Below are positions 46,893-58,455 of a stretch of 64,000 nt of DNA, piece after piece. Both the position numbers and the translations under genes were made by a program. The notes below the pieces were generated by a model. That model was not told where the DNA came from, ran no database searches, and saw only the letters and a list, made by a program, of their open reading frames with translations. Every line of letters starts with the position of its first letter. Within the stretch, counting starts at the first letter, position 1. The DNA comes from Hyaloraphidium curvatum SAG 235-1 (Eukaryota > Fungi > Monoblepharomycota), in the NCBI GenBank assembly GCA_025558095.1, contig JAIVFI010000039.1, positions 421,555 to 485,554 of the forward strand. The letters run 5' to 3'.

Positions 46893-48422
46893 TCATCCCT
46901 CCTCCCCCTCCCCCCTTCCGCCGTGCACGAGCCACTCCACCCCCTCCTCGAACCCCGCCGCGTACGGGCTCGTGTCGAACACCGTCCCCGCCACCAGATC
47001 GAAGTGCCGCGCGGGGGGGAACCACGTCCGCACCTCGGCCTCGGGCACCCTGCCCTCGTCGCCGCCCTCGGGCGTCCCCGGGAGCGGGGACGGCGAGGGG
47101 GGGAGGGAGAGGTACTTTTCGAGGAGGGCGGCGAATTCCCGCGCGGGGGCGCAGGGGACCAGTGGGTCGCGGGAGCCGTGGACGAGCCACCATCGCCGGG
47201 GGAAGGTCGGGGGAGGGGGGGAGGGGAGGAGGGAGGAGAGGCGGTGCAGGGGGGATGCCTGGGGCAGCGAGGGGCCTGTTGCGACGGGAACGAACGATGG
47301 TGAGTGGGGGAAGGAGGAAGGGGGGGGGGGGGGAGTAGCTACCCATGACGCGGTTGAGGGCCGACACGTGCTCCCACCCCCTGCTCCGCTCCCACCGGTC
47401 CTGCTCCACCACGTCGTACACCCCGCCGACAAGGATGACCCCCTCGATGGGGGGCAGCCGCGGGCCGGAGCGCGCGAGCACGCTGGACCTCCTGCCGCGG
47501 CTGGCCTCGCTGCCGCTCTCGGTGCCGCTCCGCGGGGGGGATCCGGGGCCCGGGGGGGCCGACGCGGTTTCGGCGTCGAGCAGGAGCGAGAGCAGGGCGA
47601 GGTGGGCGCCGGAGTCGTGGGCGAGGAGGAAGATGCGGGAGGGGGAGCCGCCGTAGGCGCGGATCGAGTCGTGCACCGAGAGGAGGAGGGAGCGGAGCGA
47701 GTGGAGCTGCGCGTGCAGGCGTGACTGTGGGTTACGTGGAGCATGCGGTGAGATTGAATGGAAGACACCACGCCCCCACGGAGGCCCACCTTGGGGTAGA
47801 TGCCGTAGTTGCCCACGACGACGACGAACCCCTTGTCGCGCCACCACCTCGCGGCGGGCCCGTAGATGGCCTTGTCCCCCGACCGCCAGAAGCCGCCGTG
47901 CAGGATGACCAGGACGGGTGCCAGGGTCGCGTCCTCCGAGTCGCGGCGCGGGAACCTCGTGCGCTCGCGGGGCAGCGGGAAGCCGGGTGCGCACGGGTAC
48001 ACGTCGAACGAGAAGTGGGAGGAGTACGGCACGCCGCGGGACACGCGCAGCTTCTCGCGGGCGGGCGGTGCGGCGAGCGTGCGGAGCATCCAGCGCAGCG
48101 CGGCGGGCAGCGGGCCCGACAGGAAGTCGGCCACGTAGTCGGCGCCGCACCGCGCCACGCGGAGTGCGCGCAGCGGCGAGAAGAGCGGCGTCAGCGCAGA
48201 CGCGTCGGCGTACACCAAGTACACGCCGGCCGCCGCCAGCTGGAGGAGCGCAAACGCCGCGAGCGCGGCGGGGAGGGCAAAGACGGAGAGCGCCGCCAGG
48301 AACGGCAGCGAGACAAGGCCGGCGAGCAGGAACCCCGCGCGCGCCGCACCGCGGTCGGGCGCCGGCACGCCCAGTTGCCGCAGCAGCAGGAACAGCAGCG
48401 ACGGCCGCTCACCCGTCTCCAT
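46893..48422 (-). CDS. Membrane-anchored alpha/beta hydrolase (HSL/ICME-like)
   Basis: Two N-terminal TM segments, FDVYP, ILHGGFWRSGDK, NYGIYP, YGGSPSRIFLLAHDSGAHL, VHGSRDPLVP, RHFD. Introns near 47720-47789 and ~47300. Confidence 0.8.
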   Translation of the reverse strand: METGERPSLLFLLLRQLGVPAPDRGAARAGFLLAGLVSLPFLAALSVFALPAALAAFALLQLAAAGVYLVYADASALTPLFSPLRALRVARCGADYVADFLSGPLPAALRWMLRTLAAPPAREKLRVSRGVPYSSHFSFDVYPCAPGFPLPRERTRFPRRDSEDATLAPVLVILHGGFWRSGDKAIYGPAARWWRDKGFVVVVGNYGIYPKVGLRGGVVSSIQSHRMLHVTHSHACTRSSTRSAPSSSRCTTRSAPTAAPPPASSSSPTTPAPTSPCSRSCSTPKPRRPPRAPDPPRGAAPRAAARPAAAGGPACSRAPARGCPPSRGSSLSAGCTTWWSRTGGSGAGGGSTCRPSTASWVATPPPPPSSFPHSPSFVPVATGPSLPQASPLHRLSSLLPSPPPPTFPRRWWLVHGSRDPLVPCAPAREFAALLEKYLSLPPSPSPLPGTPEGGDEGRVPEAEVRTWFPPARHFDLVAGTVFDTSPYAAGFEEGVEWLVHGGRGEGEEG

Positions 48423-48441
48423 CGCGGGATGTGGCAAGCCC

Positions 48442-49395
48442 GTGAATGGGAATGGGCAAGGGGTTGCGTGCACGCGCCCCAACAAGTCAACCGCGCATTG
48501 GCCGGACTCCGAGGAGGTTCACCGCCAGCTCGAGCTTCTGGGACCCGCGACGCAGGCGTTGTGCGCCGAAGGGCAGCGGGTGCCGAAACCGGGAATGATG
48601 CTCGATTCGACCGAGCTCGTCATGGAGATCACCAGGAATATCTTCGAACAAGCACAGATTCTGTGCAACGCGGCCAACAGAGGCGCGGGCGACGATCGTC
48701 GGGACGGGGTGCCCGGTGTCGTGGCAGCGCGCGCCGCCCTCGACCTCTTGCGCGCCTCCTGGCCTGCCTTGAGGAATGCCGTCGCGGAATACGTCGGACC
48801 GCAGTCGTCGGCCCGGCGCGCGCCCCTCTTCCTCGACGACCTGGCGATCGGCGTGGTGAACGAGCCGCGGGCCTGGCAGGGCTTGCTTGCCGTGTACTAC
48901 GGACACTCTCTGGACAAAATTCCCGGCGAAACGTTCGGTACGAGCCTCATAGCCATGCAGGTGCTGCTCATGTCTGTGATGCTGCGGCTCCTGGACAACC
49001 CGAGACCGTGGAACGCCCATTGCTCCGGGAACGAGTGCGATGGCAAGCCTTCTGCCGCGTCCCTGTGCGTTCACGTCTTGTCGGCCTTTTGCTCCCACCT
49101 GCGCAGGCGGGACCCGGATCCGGGGACGCTGGAGAAGCTTGATCGCCTCGATGCCGCAACCTCCGCTCTCCCCAAGTTCCTCGAAGCAAAGGCTGCTGCG
49201 GACGATAAGGTTCGCAAGGAGTTTCTTCGATTCAGCTACGACTTTTCCAACATCGCCGACAGCTGCGATCGGTGCGGTGCAGAGTCGGATACGCTGCTCC
49301 GGTGCTCGGGTTGCAAAGTCACGCGCTATTGCGGTGCCGCTTGCCAACGGGCGGCGTGGAAAGATCACAAGGACATATGCAGGCAGTGGTCTTGA
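48442..49395 (+). CDS. zf-MYND family protein (5' end uncertain; first ATG 48595)
   Basis: WPALRNAVAEYVGPQSSARRA, DNPRPWNAHC, CDRCG..CSGCKVTRYCGAACQRAAWKDHKDIC. Confidence 0.8.
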   Translation: MNGNGQGVACTRPNKSTAHWPDSEEVHRQLELLGPATQALCAEGQRVPKPGMMLDSTELVMEITRNIFEQAQILCNAANRGAGDDRRDGVPGVVAARAALDLLRASWPALRNAVAEYVGPQSSARRAPLFLDDLAIGVVNEPRAWQGLLAVYYGHSLDKIPGETFGTSLIAMQVLLMSVMLRLLDNPRPWNAHCSGNECDGKPSAASLCVHVLSAFCSHLRRRDPDPGTLEKLDRLDAATSALPKFLEAKAAADDKVRKEFLRFSYDFSNIADSCDRCGAESDTLLRCSGCKVTRYCGAACQRAAWKDHKDICRQWS

Positions 49396-49495
49396 TTACA
49401 ACTTTTGGTTCTGTAACGGCGCGTTGTCCAAAAGCGCGAGCTGGATTGGCGGGCGTCCTTTGCCACACGCTCGAACGTCCCCCACCGCCACCAAG

Positions 49496-51685
49496 ATGGC
49501 GTCCTCTCGCGGCAGGGCGCGTCTCGAGGCCTTGAGCGCGCAGCTCGGTGCCGCTTCATTGGACCCGGCCGCGGAAATGTGCCTCCGCGGCGCGCACCAC
49601 GTCCAGAGCTGCCCCGCCCTTTCGCCCTCTCTCTCCTCCTCCGGCGCGGCGGACAACGACTCGTGGGAGGCGGAAGTCGCGGAGCTCCACCTGCGCCGCA
49701 AGCTGGCCAAAGTGGCACCCGAGGACGAAATCGGCGTGAAGCGGCAGCGCGACCAGGGGAAGCTGCTGGTCCGCGAGCGCATCGCGGCGGTGGTCGACCC
49801 GGGGAGCTTCCAGGAGATCGGGAGCGCGGCGGGGTTCGCGGTCAGGGACACGCAGGGGCGGATAGTGGGGTACCAGCGGAGCAACCTCAGTGGGTGGCGC
49901 GTACCGCGTTGCGCGGACCACCGTGGCTCACGACGCGTGCCCCCTCCAGTCGCGGGCCTGGCCCGGATCGACGGCCAGCTGGTCATGGTCGGGGGCGACG
50001 ACTTCTCGGTCCGAGGAGGCTCGGCGGAGCGGTCGATTCTGTCCAAGCTCGAGTACACCGAATCTCTCGCGCGCGAATATCGGATCCCGCTGATCCGGAT
50101 CTGCGACGGCGCCGCGGGCTCCGTCAACGCGCTCTTTGCCAAGGGCTCGACGTACATACCCAAGAACCCCAACATGGGCCAGGCCGTCAAGGTGGGATCG
50201 TGCTCCCGGCCGTGACGACTCTCCCTGACTGATTCGGCCTCGCCCAGATGCTCCACGAAATTCCCGTCGTCGCGGCCGTCGTCGGCAGCGCCGCCGGCTG
50301 GTCCGCCGCCAAGGGCGTCCTCACCCACTTCAGCGTCATGTCCGCCGACACGGGCAGCCTGTACGCCGCCGGTCCCCCCGTCGTCGAGCCCGCGACGGGC
50401 GAGAAGCTGAGCAAGGAGGCCCTGGGAGGCGTCCGCGTGCACTGCACCAACGGGGTCATGGACAACCCGGCCGAGAACGAGCTGGACGCGTTCGAGCAGT
50501 GCAAGAGGTTCCTGTCGTACCTGCCGGCCAACCGCTGGCTGATGCCGCCGCTCCGGGATCCGCCGGTGGGGGAGTGGCCGACGGCCGAGGGCAATGCGAA
50601 GCTGCTGCGGGTGATCCCCAAGCGGGACTCGAAACCGTACGACCCCAAGGAGTACCTCGACGTGCTGCTGGATCCCGAAAGCCTGTTCGAGATCGGGCCT
50701 ATTTGGGGGCGCTCGCACCGCACCTTCCTCGCGCGGGTCAACGGGAAGCCCGTTGTGGTGCTGGCGTGGGACCGCTGCCGCCGCTTTGAGCTGGACAGGT
50801 CGCTGATGACGGTCCGCCCCATGCGGTAGCTCTGACCCGCGCTTCGAAGGCGGCGCCATCACCCACGACGCCGCCATGAAGGTCTCTAGGATCATCGGCA
50901 TCGCCAACACCTTCCACCTGCCGATCGTGTCCTTTGTCGATTGCCCGGTGGGTTCCTTGTCGGGATCGCCCGCCTACTCGGCTGACGTCTCCTCTCAGGG
51001 CTTCGTCGTGGGGAGCAAAGGTTCGTCGGCCTTGCCCGCCCGTGCTCCTTCCTTTTCTCACCGACCCCCCCCCCACACACACACAGCCGAAAAGACCGGT
51101 GCCATCCGCGCGGGAACCAGGCTCGGCCTCATGGCCCAGGAATCCAAGGTCCCCTGGTTCACCATCCTCATCCGCAAGGTGCACCCTTGCCTGCCGCGGT
51201 GCGCCCGTTTCCTGACCCGCGCCCCAGGTCTACGGCGTCGCCGGCTCCATCTTCGCCACCCGCGGCCAGGGCAACACCGAGGACTCGGCCGGCATCGACC
51301 CGCGGTACTGCTGGCCTTCCCTCTCGAGCGGCTCGATCCCGATCGAGGGGGGGACGATGGCGGCGTTCAAGCGGCAGCTGGGCAACATCGCGGACGAGGG
51401 GGAGAGGAAGAAGGAGCTGGCGAGGATCGAGGGCGAGCTAAGGGAGATCGCGAACCCGTTCAGGAGTGGGTGTCATCGCAAGCAAGATCCTTTGCCGATG
51501 CTGACGGCGTTCGCCCGGCAGTGGTCGAGCGGTTCGAGGCCGAGGAGATGATCGACCCCCGCGAGACCCGCGGGCTGATGGTGCAATGGGTGGAGGAGGT
51601 GGCGTACCGGAGCAAGATCCCGCAGCTCATCGCGAGGGACAGCACGCTGCAGCCGGGCGTCATCGCGTTCTACTCCCCGTACTGA
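49496..51685 (+). CDS. Acyl-CoA carboxylase carboxyltransferase (beta subunit-like), multi-exon, N-terminal PTS2
   Basis: GKLLVRERI..VDPGSFQEIG, DDFSVRGGS, AAGPPVVE..EALGG..H..NG, ARVNGKPV, FHLPIVSFVDCP-GF, IDPRETR. The N-terminus contains RLEALSAQL. Confidence 0.88.
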
Positions 51686-51802
51686 GGGGCCGCGTTGGCC
51701 CGGGTACACGGTTTCTAGGGGCCAGAAAGGCCGTCTAACAGACATCCATGTCGGAGAGCAAATGACCAATCCGTGTCTTCTCGCCACCGTCCTTCGCAGC
51801 CC

Positions 51803-53419
51803 TCAAACCCTCTTCCAAGCCCATCCCGCTTTCTCCACGCGCAGCCATATCGCCATGGCAAGCACCACGGCCTCCGCGGCGCCGCCGTATGCGACGACCG
51901 GCGCCCAGTTGGTGTAGAGCCTTGCGCCGTCGGCCGAGAAAGTGCTCTGCGAATCGGCGATGGCGCCGAGGATGGGGCCGGTGATGAAGATCCCCGGGGC
52001 GAACCTGCGCGTTGGGCTGCCGTTCAGCTGGTCCGTCCAACATGCGGCGGGGGAGATGGAGACCCACCAGAAGAAGATCATCCCCACGGTCACCGCGAAG
52101 TTGGCCTGCCCGAAGGAGCCCGCAGCGATGTTGCTGACGAGGACCGGGAACGGCGCACCGAGGATCCCGTTGAAGATGCAGAACGCGAGCATGGCCGGCC
52201 CCGAGCGCGAGACGGCGAGGAGGTAGAAGGGGATGAAGGAGAGGAGGACGCAGAGCGTCGAGATGACGCCGACGTTGTAGATGCCGAGCCGGCCGATGGC
52301 GAAGCCCGATAGGAGCTGGCCGATGCCGGTGCAGGCGTTGAGGACAGCGAGGCAGACGGCGGCGGAAATGCCCGCCGCGAGGGGGCCAAGATCTTGGATC
52401 TGCTGCGGGAGGAATAGGAAGGTGCCTGAACGGGGAGGGAGGGATGGCCTGAGCTCGGCAGAATACTGGGCATGTATAACAGGCCCTACCCAGGTAGTTC
52501 CCCGGGAAGAAGAAGCACATGACAGCCAGGCGCCAGTATGTCTTGTTGCGCAGCAGTGCGGGGTCAAAGATTCGAATTGAGCCCTTTCGTGGAGGGAGCC
52601 TCGTCTTCATGAGCAGTCCCGCACCGAACAGAACGACTCCGCCGACGATGGAGATCCCTCTCATTGCCCATTGCCAGCCCACGGCGTCGAGCAGAGCCTG
52701 CGAGACGGGGGTGATCACCACGCCGCCGAAGCCGAGGCCCGACATCCCGATCCCGATGGCTAAGGGAAGCCGCCGGCGGAAGTACTGTCCGGGCAGGCCA
52801 ACGGCCGGCGTGATGAGGCACGAGAACCCGAGGCCCTGCACGATGCCCCCGACGAAGAGCGTCCACACGTATACGGCGAACGAGTTGATGACGCCGCCGG
52901 CGGCGAGGAGGACGGCGCCGGTGCAGGCGACGAGGCGGTACGAGACGCGGTCAGCGATGTTGCCGGTCAGCGGGCCGTACAGGTTCATGCCCGTCTGGGT
53001 CAGCGTCGCCGAGAAGGAGAGGAGGGTGTTGGCAGCGCCGGGGAAGGTCGCGTTTGCGACGAAGTAGCCCGTAAAGATGCCAACGGAGTTGGCGATACCG
53101 ATGACAAAGAACTGGATGGGTGGGCCGGGTCAGCTTCGAAGGACCGAACTGCTCTCCGCCGGCCCACCTGGATGATGAACATGATGGCCACAATAACCCA
53201 GCCGTAGCCTCCTTCCGGCGGGGGATTCTCGTCGACGTGCTCCAAAGCGACCTCCTTTTCCGCGTCCTCGATCTCGACCCCCTTGTCCGCGGCCGGCTCC
53301 TCTCCCAGCCCGCCGAGTTCTGTTTTGCCGGGCGGCCCCGCGTCGGGCGCGGCGACCGTCGCCTCCGACTGCGCATCCCGCGCCGGCGGGCCAAGGCCCG
53401 CTGCTTCCGCCTCCGCCAT
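51803..53419 (-). CDS. MFS monocarboxylate transporter (MCT/Mch-like)
   Basis: PPEGGYGWVIV, QYFRRRLPLAIGIGMSG, GWQWAMR, and multiple TM segments across exons. Confidence 0.88.
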
Positions 53420-53841
53420 GTCTCGCACGGCGGCCGGGCGGGGCCGGCGTGGGAGACTCGAGGGCGGGTTTTGCAGGCGCGGTTGGCGCGGAGGCGAGGC
53501 TCCGCAACGCCCGAGGCGGGGCTCCGCAACGCCGCAGACTGGCGCTGGACAACCCACGCGATCGGTCGGCCGCGGGGCAGGACACCGGTTCGAAAACCAA
53601 CTGGTCCTATTGCCGTGCTGCTGATTTGTCCGATGGTCCGAGGGAGAGGTGTAACGGCATATACCGGCCGGCACCGCGCTCCTATATCGCACTCCGCCAA
53701 ACCCCCCGAATACCCGATTTCGACGACTTGCAGGCAGACAATGATAATGCCCAACGTAGGAAGGTCAAGTTTGATGAATGGTCGTTTCTCCCCGCCAGGC
53801 GCCCACTCAGGCTGCGGCTGCCTTGGCCAGAGTCCCGTTCG

Positions 53842-54400
53842 TCACGTGTTGTTCTCTCGGACCGCCGGTGGCCGCTTGAGCCACACCCCCGCGGCCGCAA
53901 CGGCAGCCAGCACAGCCGCGAGGGCCGAAAGCACCACCGTCGTCACGGCCCACCACGGCACGTACGCCTTGAAGTTGGATTCCAGCGTGTCCACCCTGGC
54001 CGCCAAACCCGCGATTGCCTGCCCGGAGGGTCAGCGCGCCTCCCAGCGTAGGAGCCGCACGACGCACCGCAATCGTGAGCCGCTCCTCGGGCTCCAGGAT
54101 CAGCGACTGGTTCTCCGCCGCCTGCCTCCTCCACGAGGCCCCGCACCTCTTCGCGGCGACGGCGGCCGCCACGCCCTTGAGCCCGTCCACTAGGTCGATC
54201 TGCGGGATGCAGACGGCGGTGCAGGCGATCTGGAACGGTATGGTGCCGAGGTTGCGGATTTGAATGTCCTTGTTCCTGAAGAGCGGACACGTGGACTTCT
54301 CGTCAAAGAGGAAGTTCATGCAGTCGTCGCAGACGGTCGCGCGCGCGGGACGGGCGAGGAGGGCGGCCATGAGGCCGAGGAGGAGGGGCGCGGGCCTCAT
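53842..54400 (-). CDS. Small Cys-rich type I membrane protein
   Basis: Signal peptide and a six-Cys ectodomain (CDDC..C..C...C..C). After an intron at ~54019-54068 come a short coiled segment and TM WWAVTTVVLSALAAVLAAVAAAGVW. Confidence 0.6.
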
Positions 54401-55347
54401 GGTTGGAGCGTGGGGGTGGGATGTTGCCGGGTTGTGCGGACGAACTTTGGAAGGACGGCGGAGTTCTTGACGAGTTCCAGAAGTTGTCGCGAAGTCGGGC
54501 CCAGGTTGCCCCCCGCAGCGCCCGCGCAGAGCCGCTTGATGACGCGGACGTAGATCGCAGCTGCAGGCTCGCCGCCACCCCGGATCGTATGCTTGCAGTG
54601 CGATGCCCACGGCCGCGGGTTTTCCACGGCCGGCACCTCGAACGCGGATCACAGACGCGCGAGGTCCACCAGTGCAGCACCGAGGTAGTGGTCCGTTGCC
54701 ACCTCGTCGAGCCGCCCGTTGTCGACGAGCATCGCATAGTCCCAAAGGTCCTGCTGGTGTAGGAGGCAGAGAACGAGCTCTTCCAGAAACTCGGGCGCGT
54801 CGGCGATCCTGCGCCGGACCGGCCATGAAATCTGTGCCAGAAAACCAAATGCGCTTGCTGCGAAGCCCGCGATGTCCCCGAATCGTTCGTTGTAGGCGCG
54901 TGTCGGGTCCATCCAGGCCGAGTCGGCCGGCAGCGCGGGGATCCAGGGCTCACCGCCAGCAGGGTGGATCGCGCCCCATTCGGCACGCCGAGCAATGGAC
55001 CGGGTGCCGACGAATTCCGAGATCGCCCTCCGGAGAACCGGCCACGAATAGCGGAACACGTTGAGCGCCGCCCGGGCGAGCGCGTCGTCCGGCAGAATGG
55101 GGAGACTGCGCACCGGATAAGATTCGTGTGCCTTGAGTAGCAGTTCCAGCTGGTCCACAGTCCCGCCGAGGAGTTCGTGGGCCCGTTGCTGGGCCGCGGG
55201 AGGGTCCGCCGAGTCGGAGCAGCCCGCATATCCCTCCGCGGCCAGCGCGTCCATCGCGGGACCCAGGAGATCTAGGGAGGCGGAGACTGCCCGCGGAACC
55301 GAGGTGATGAGATCCTGCTGGTTGCCGGCGGTCTGCAGCTGGGCCAT
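54397..55347 (-). pseudogene. zf-MYND-family gene with an in-frame TGA and no finger
   Basis: WPVLRRAISEFVGTRSIARRA..DAPEFLEEL. TGA at 54649-54651, then the same frame continues VENPRPWASHC..LPKF. Confidence 0.7.
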
Positions 55348-55815
55348 CGCGCCGCTGGGAGGGTGAAGCTGGGGGCGGGGTGGTCGTCCTCGCGCGACGT
55401 GCCCGCGGGTCGGGTCTCGGAAGGCGTGATGGCGGAGGAGGAGATGTGGTTGCGGCTTGCAGGATTCAACGGGCCGTTGTTGGGTTGATGGGCGGGCCGT
55501 GCGGCGACGGCCGCCGCCGACGATGTGCTTGACTCAAACTATTCAATGCTAGGACTAGTTCCCCAAGCGACTGTGCCGCGTCCTCAATTGAGCGGATTGG
55601 ACTCGTCCCCCCTGTGATCGCTCGGTCGCGAGGCAAAGCTTGAGCTAGACGGTCGATACTCGAAAGGTTGAGCCTTATCGGGACAAGCGATCCGGGATCG
55701 TGACTGACTGACGGACTCCTGACTGACTTTCACCCGACGCTTTCCCGGCCGCCCTCTCCACTCGCCCGCCCGCCGCCCTGCAGCATCGTGCATCGTGACC
55801 CCGCACTCCGTCCCC

Positions 55816-58260
55816 ATGCACCCGACCACGCGCCAACGCGCCCCGCGCGCCCGCGGTGCGGTGGCGGCGGCGTTCGTCGCTCTCGCCGGCCTGCTCTCGG
55901 CGATCGAGGCCTCGGCCTACGGCTCCCCCGGGCGCCGATCGCGCGCGGCGGTGCCCGGACAAGGCGGTGGCCGCCAGCCGCCGGCTATTTTCGGCGGCCA
56001 CCCGGCCGCGGGACCCACGGCGTACCCGTTCGTCGGCGTGGTCGTGGATTACTTCGGCGGGCTCCCAGGTGCGTGGGCCCCTGTCCGGCGGCGGTCCGGC
56101 TCTGACGCGCCTCCAGTTCCCGCGGACGTCTTGTGCGGCGCGACCATGATCTCGCCGAGGGCCGCCCTGACGTCGGCCTCATGCATATCGAAGAACGTCT
56201 ATCCCGGGAACGCCATTGAGTTCAAGGTCGCGACCTACTTCATAAACGCTTCCAGGACCTTCGAGGAGGAGGGTTCCATCGTCTACGACGTCCTCGGCAT
56301 CGACATCCATCCGGACTACAGCTACTCGCCCGCGGGTTACCGCGTGAACGACGCCGCGATCCTGTTCCTGGACCTCCCGGTCAACTACGGTGACAATTTC
56401 CCGGCTTTCGCTACGCTGAACTCGGACGCGTATGTGCCCGCGGCGGACGCGATCGTGAGGGCGCTCGGGTGGGGCAGCTCCGACATGTTCGATGGTGAAT
56501 CCCCCGAGGCCCCGGTGATCTACGTCAACCCCGGCGTTGGTGTTTCCCCGCTTGTTTCCGCCACGATCCTGGAACTGACCCAGGAGCGCAGGTGCTCCAG
56601 GAGGTCGACCTTACCGCCAACGCCGCCTGCGACCCCCGACTCGAGTTTGACCCGGAGAGCGCGGCCCTGTGCGCCGGAACTGCGGGGAGCGGTATATGCT
56701 ACGGAGATTCGTTGGTGCTCGCGGCCTGCGGACGGCCGGGAGGGAGCTCACCGAACCCCGGTCCGCAGAGGCGGGCCCCTCCTCACGAACGCCGGCCCGG
56801 ACGGGTGGCAACAGGTCGCCATCGCCAACTACGCGCCCTTCGGGTGCCGGAACCCGCAGCTCGGCAGCACCAGCGTCTTCACGCGCGTGGCGCCCCTCCT
56901 CGGCTGGATCGACAGGGTGCTGGCGCTGCAGAACGGTTCGATGACGAGGACCACATCGGTGACGCGGACGACCGATCCCGGGTCCTGGGCAACTAGGGTG
57001 AGCGCAGCATGGTCCGGCCTCGCCCCGGCCTCGCCCCGGGCTCGGTCTCACGGTTCCGACCCCCAGGCCACGCCCACCCGCGCGCCAGGCCGCGTACGCG
57101 TTTGCGACGAAGTGCCCGTAGAAATCCACGCGGGCGAGACCGCCTACACGGTCATCTCGCCCTCGGGTCTGGGCCCCGCGGCGGACATGCAGGTCGAGCT
57201 CAGCATAAGGACCGAAGAGGCGCAGCTGCTTTCTATGGGGATTGGATCGATGCCCCTGGAAAGCGAGTACGGGACCCCGATCGACCAGGTCGCGGAGGTG
57301 TACCTCCTGAGCTCCTTCGGCGGCGGGTGCAGTGGCATCCTGGGCCAGCGACCGCTGCCGTTGGTCTTTGATGATTCCGCGGAGTATCCGCCGGGCTAGG
57401 AGAGTTGGACCGGGTACGAAAACTGCGACGGAGGCCGGTACAAGAACTCGGGAAGGAGTTTCCGGAGAATCTACCGGGACGGGGGACGCCTGGATGATCC
57501 AAACAGGTCGTGGCAACTATGGGTGAGGAACAACCATGACTCAGGAGGGGACACTTCCGATGTGGTGGCGACGCTCGTCGCCTGGTGCATCGTCTTTACC
57601 CCGCGATCGGCGGTCCCGAGCTCCACCACCTGCTCCGCGGCGACCCGCACGGCCACCGTGGTCAGCACGGTTTCGCACACGTCGACCCTGGTGTCGACGA
57701 TCACGCTGCCCGCCACCACAGCCACGGTCTCGCGCACATCGACTCTCGTGCAGCAGGGGCCGACCGTCACCTCGGTAGGTCTCGATGCCCGCGACCGTCA
57801 TCACAACGCTGCGTTTCATTGCCGGGCGCCTCCCTTCGTCTCCCAGACCCTCGTCAGCATCTCGATCTCTACGCTCACGCTGCCCGGGGCGCCTTCCTTC
57901 ATCACCTCGACGACGACCCTCACGCTGCCCGGGGCGCCTTCCTTCATCACCTCAACGACGACCCTCACGCTGCCCGGGGCGCCTTCCTTGATCACCTCGA
58001 CGACGACCTCGGTCTCCACCCTCACGCTGCCCGGGGCCCCCAGCTTCGTCACACAGACCCAGACCATCGTCAGCGTCTCCGTCTCTGTCGTACCGTTCAC
58101 GGTGGTCTCCACGTCGACGTCCCAGGTCACGGTCACGCAGCTCCGGACCTCGGTGAGCACGCGGCTGGCCACGTCCACCTTCAGCAAGTGCACCAAGACT
58201 ATCGTGCGGACCAAGACGACGACCAGGTTCAAGACGACGACCAAGGTCGTGAAGCGGTGA
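55816..58260 (+). CDS. Trypsin-like (S1) domain + P-domain-like module + Thr-rich repeats; catalytic His replaced; in-frame TAG at 57397
   Basis: IFGG, CGATMIS..LTSASC, IHPDY..NDAAIL, LGWG, CYGDS-GGPL, VFTRV. The frame continues after the TAG into SWQLWVRN..TLVAWCIVF. Confidence 0.75.
57870..58050 (+). repeat. 48-bp coding tandem repeat (TLTLPGAPSFITSTTT), about 4 copies
   Basis: CTCACGCTGCCCGGGGCGCCTTCC recurs near 57874, 57919, 57964 and 58021. Confidence 0.85.
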
Positions 58261-58455
58261 TCGTGGGGGAAGGTGACTGGGGGCCGGATACCGGGGGGCG
58301 CGCGATCCCGCGGCAGCGCGGCGACGAAGCGTCGCGCCACGCCATGTTTGCATTGGACGCTAGAATGTTTTGCGAGTTTCGCTGTCAATCAACGGCTTGC
58401 GTTTAGGAACCACGTCCTTGTCGCCGTCCCCAGAGCCTCAACCCCGCCCAGCTCC

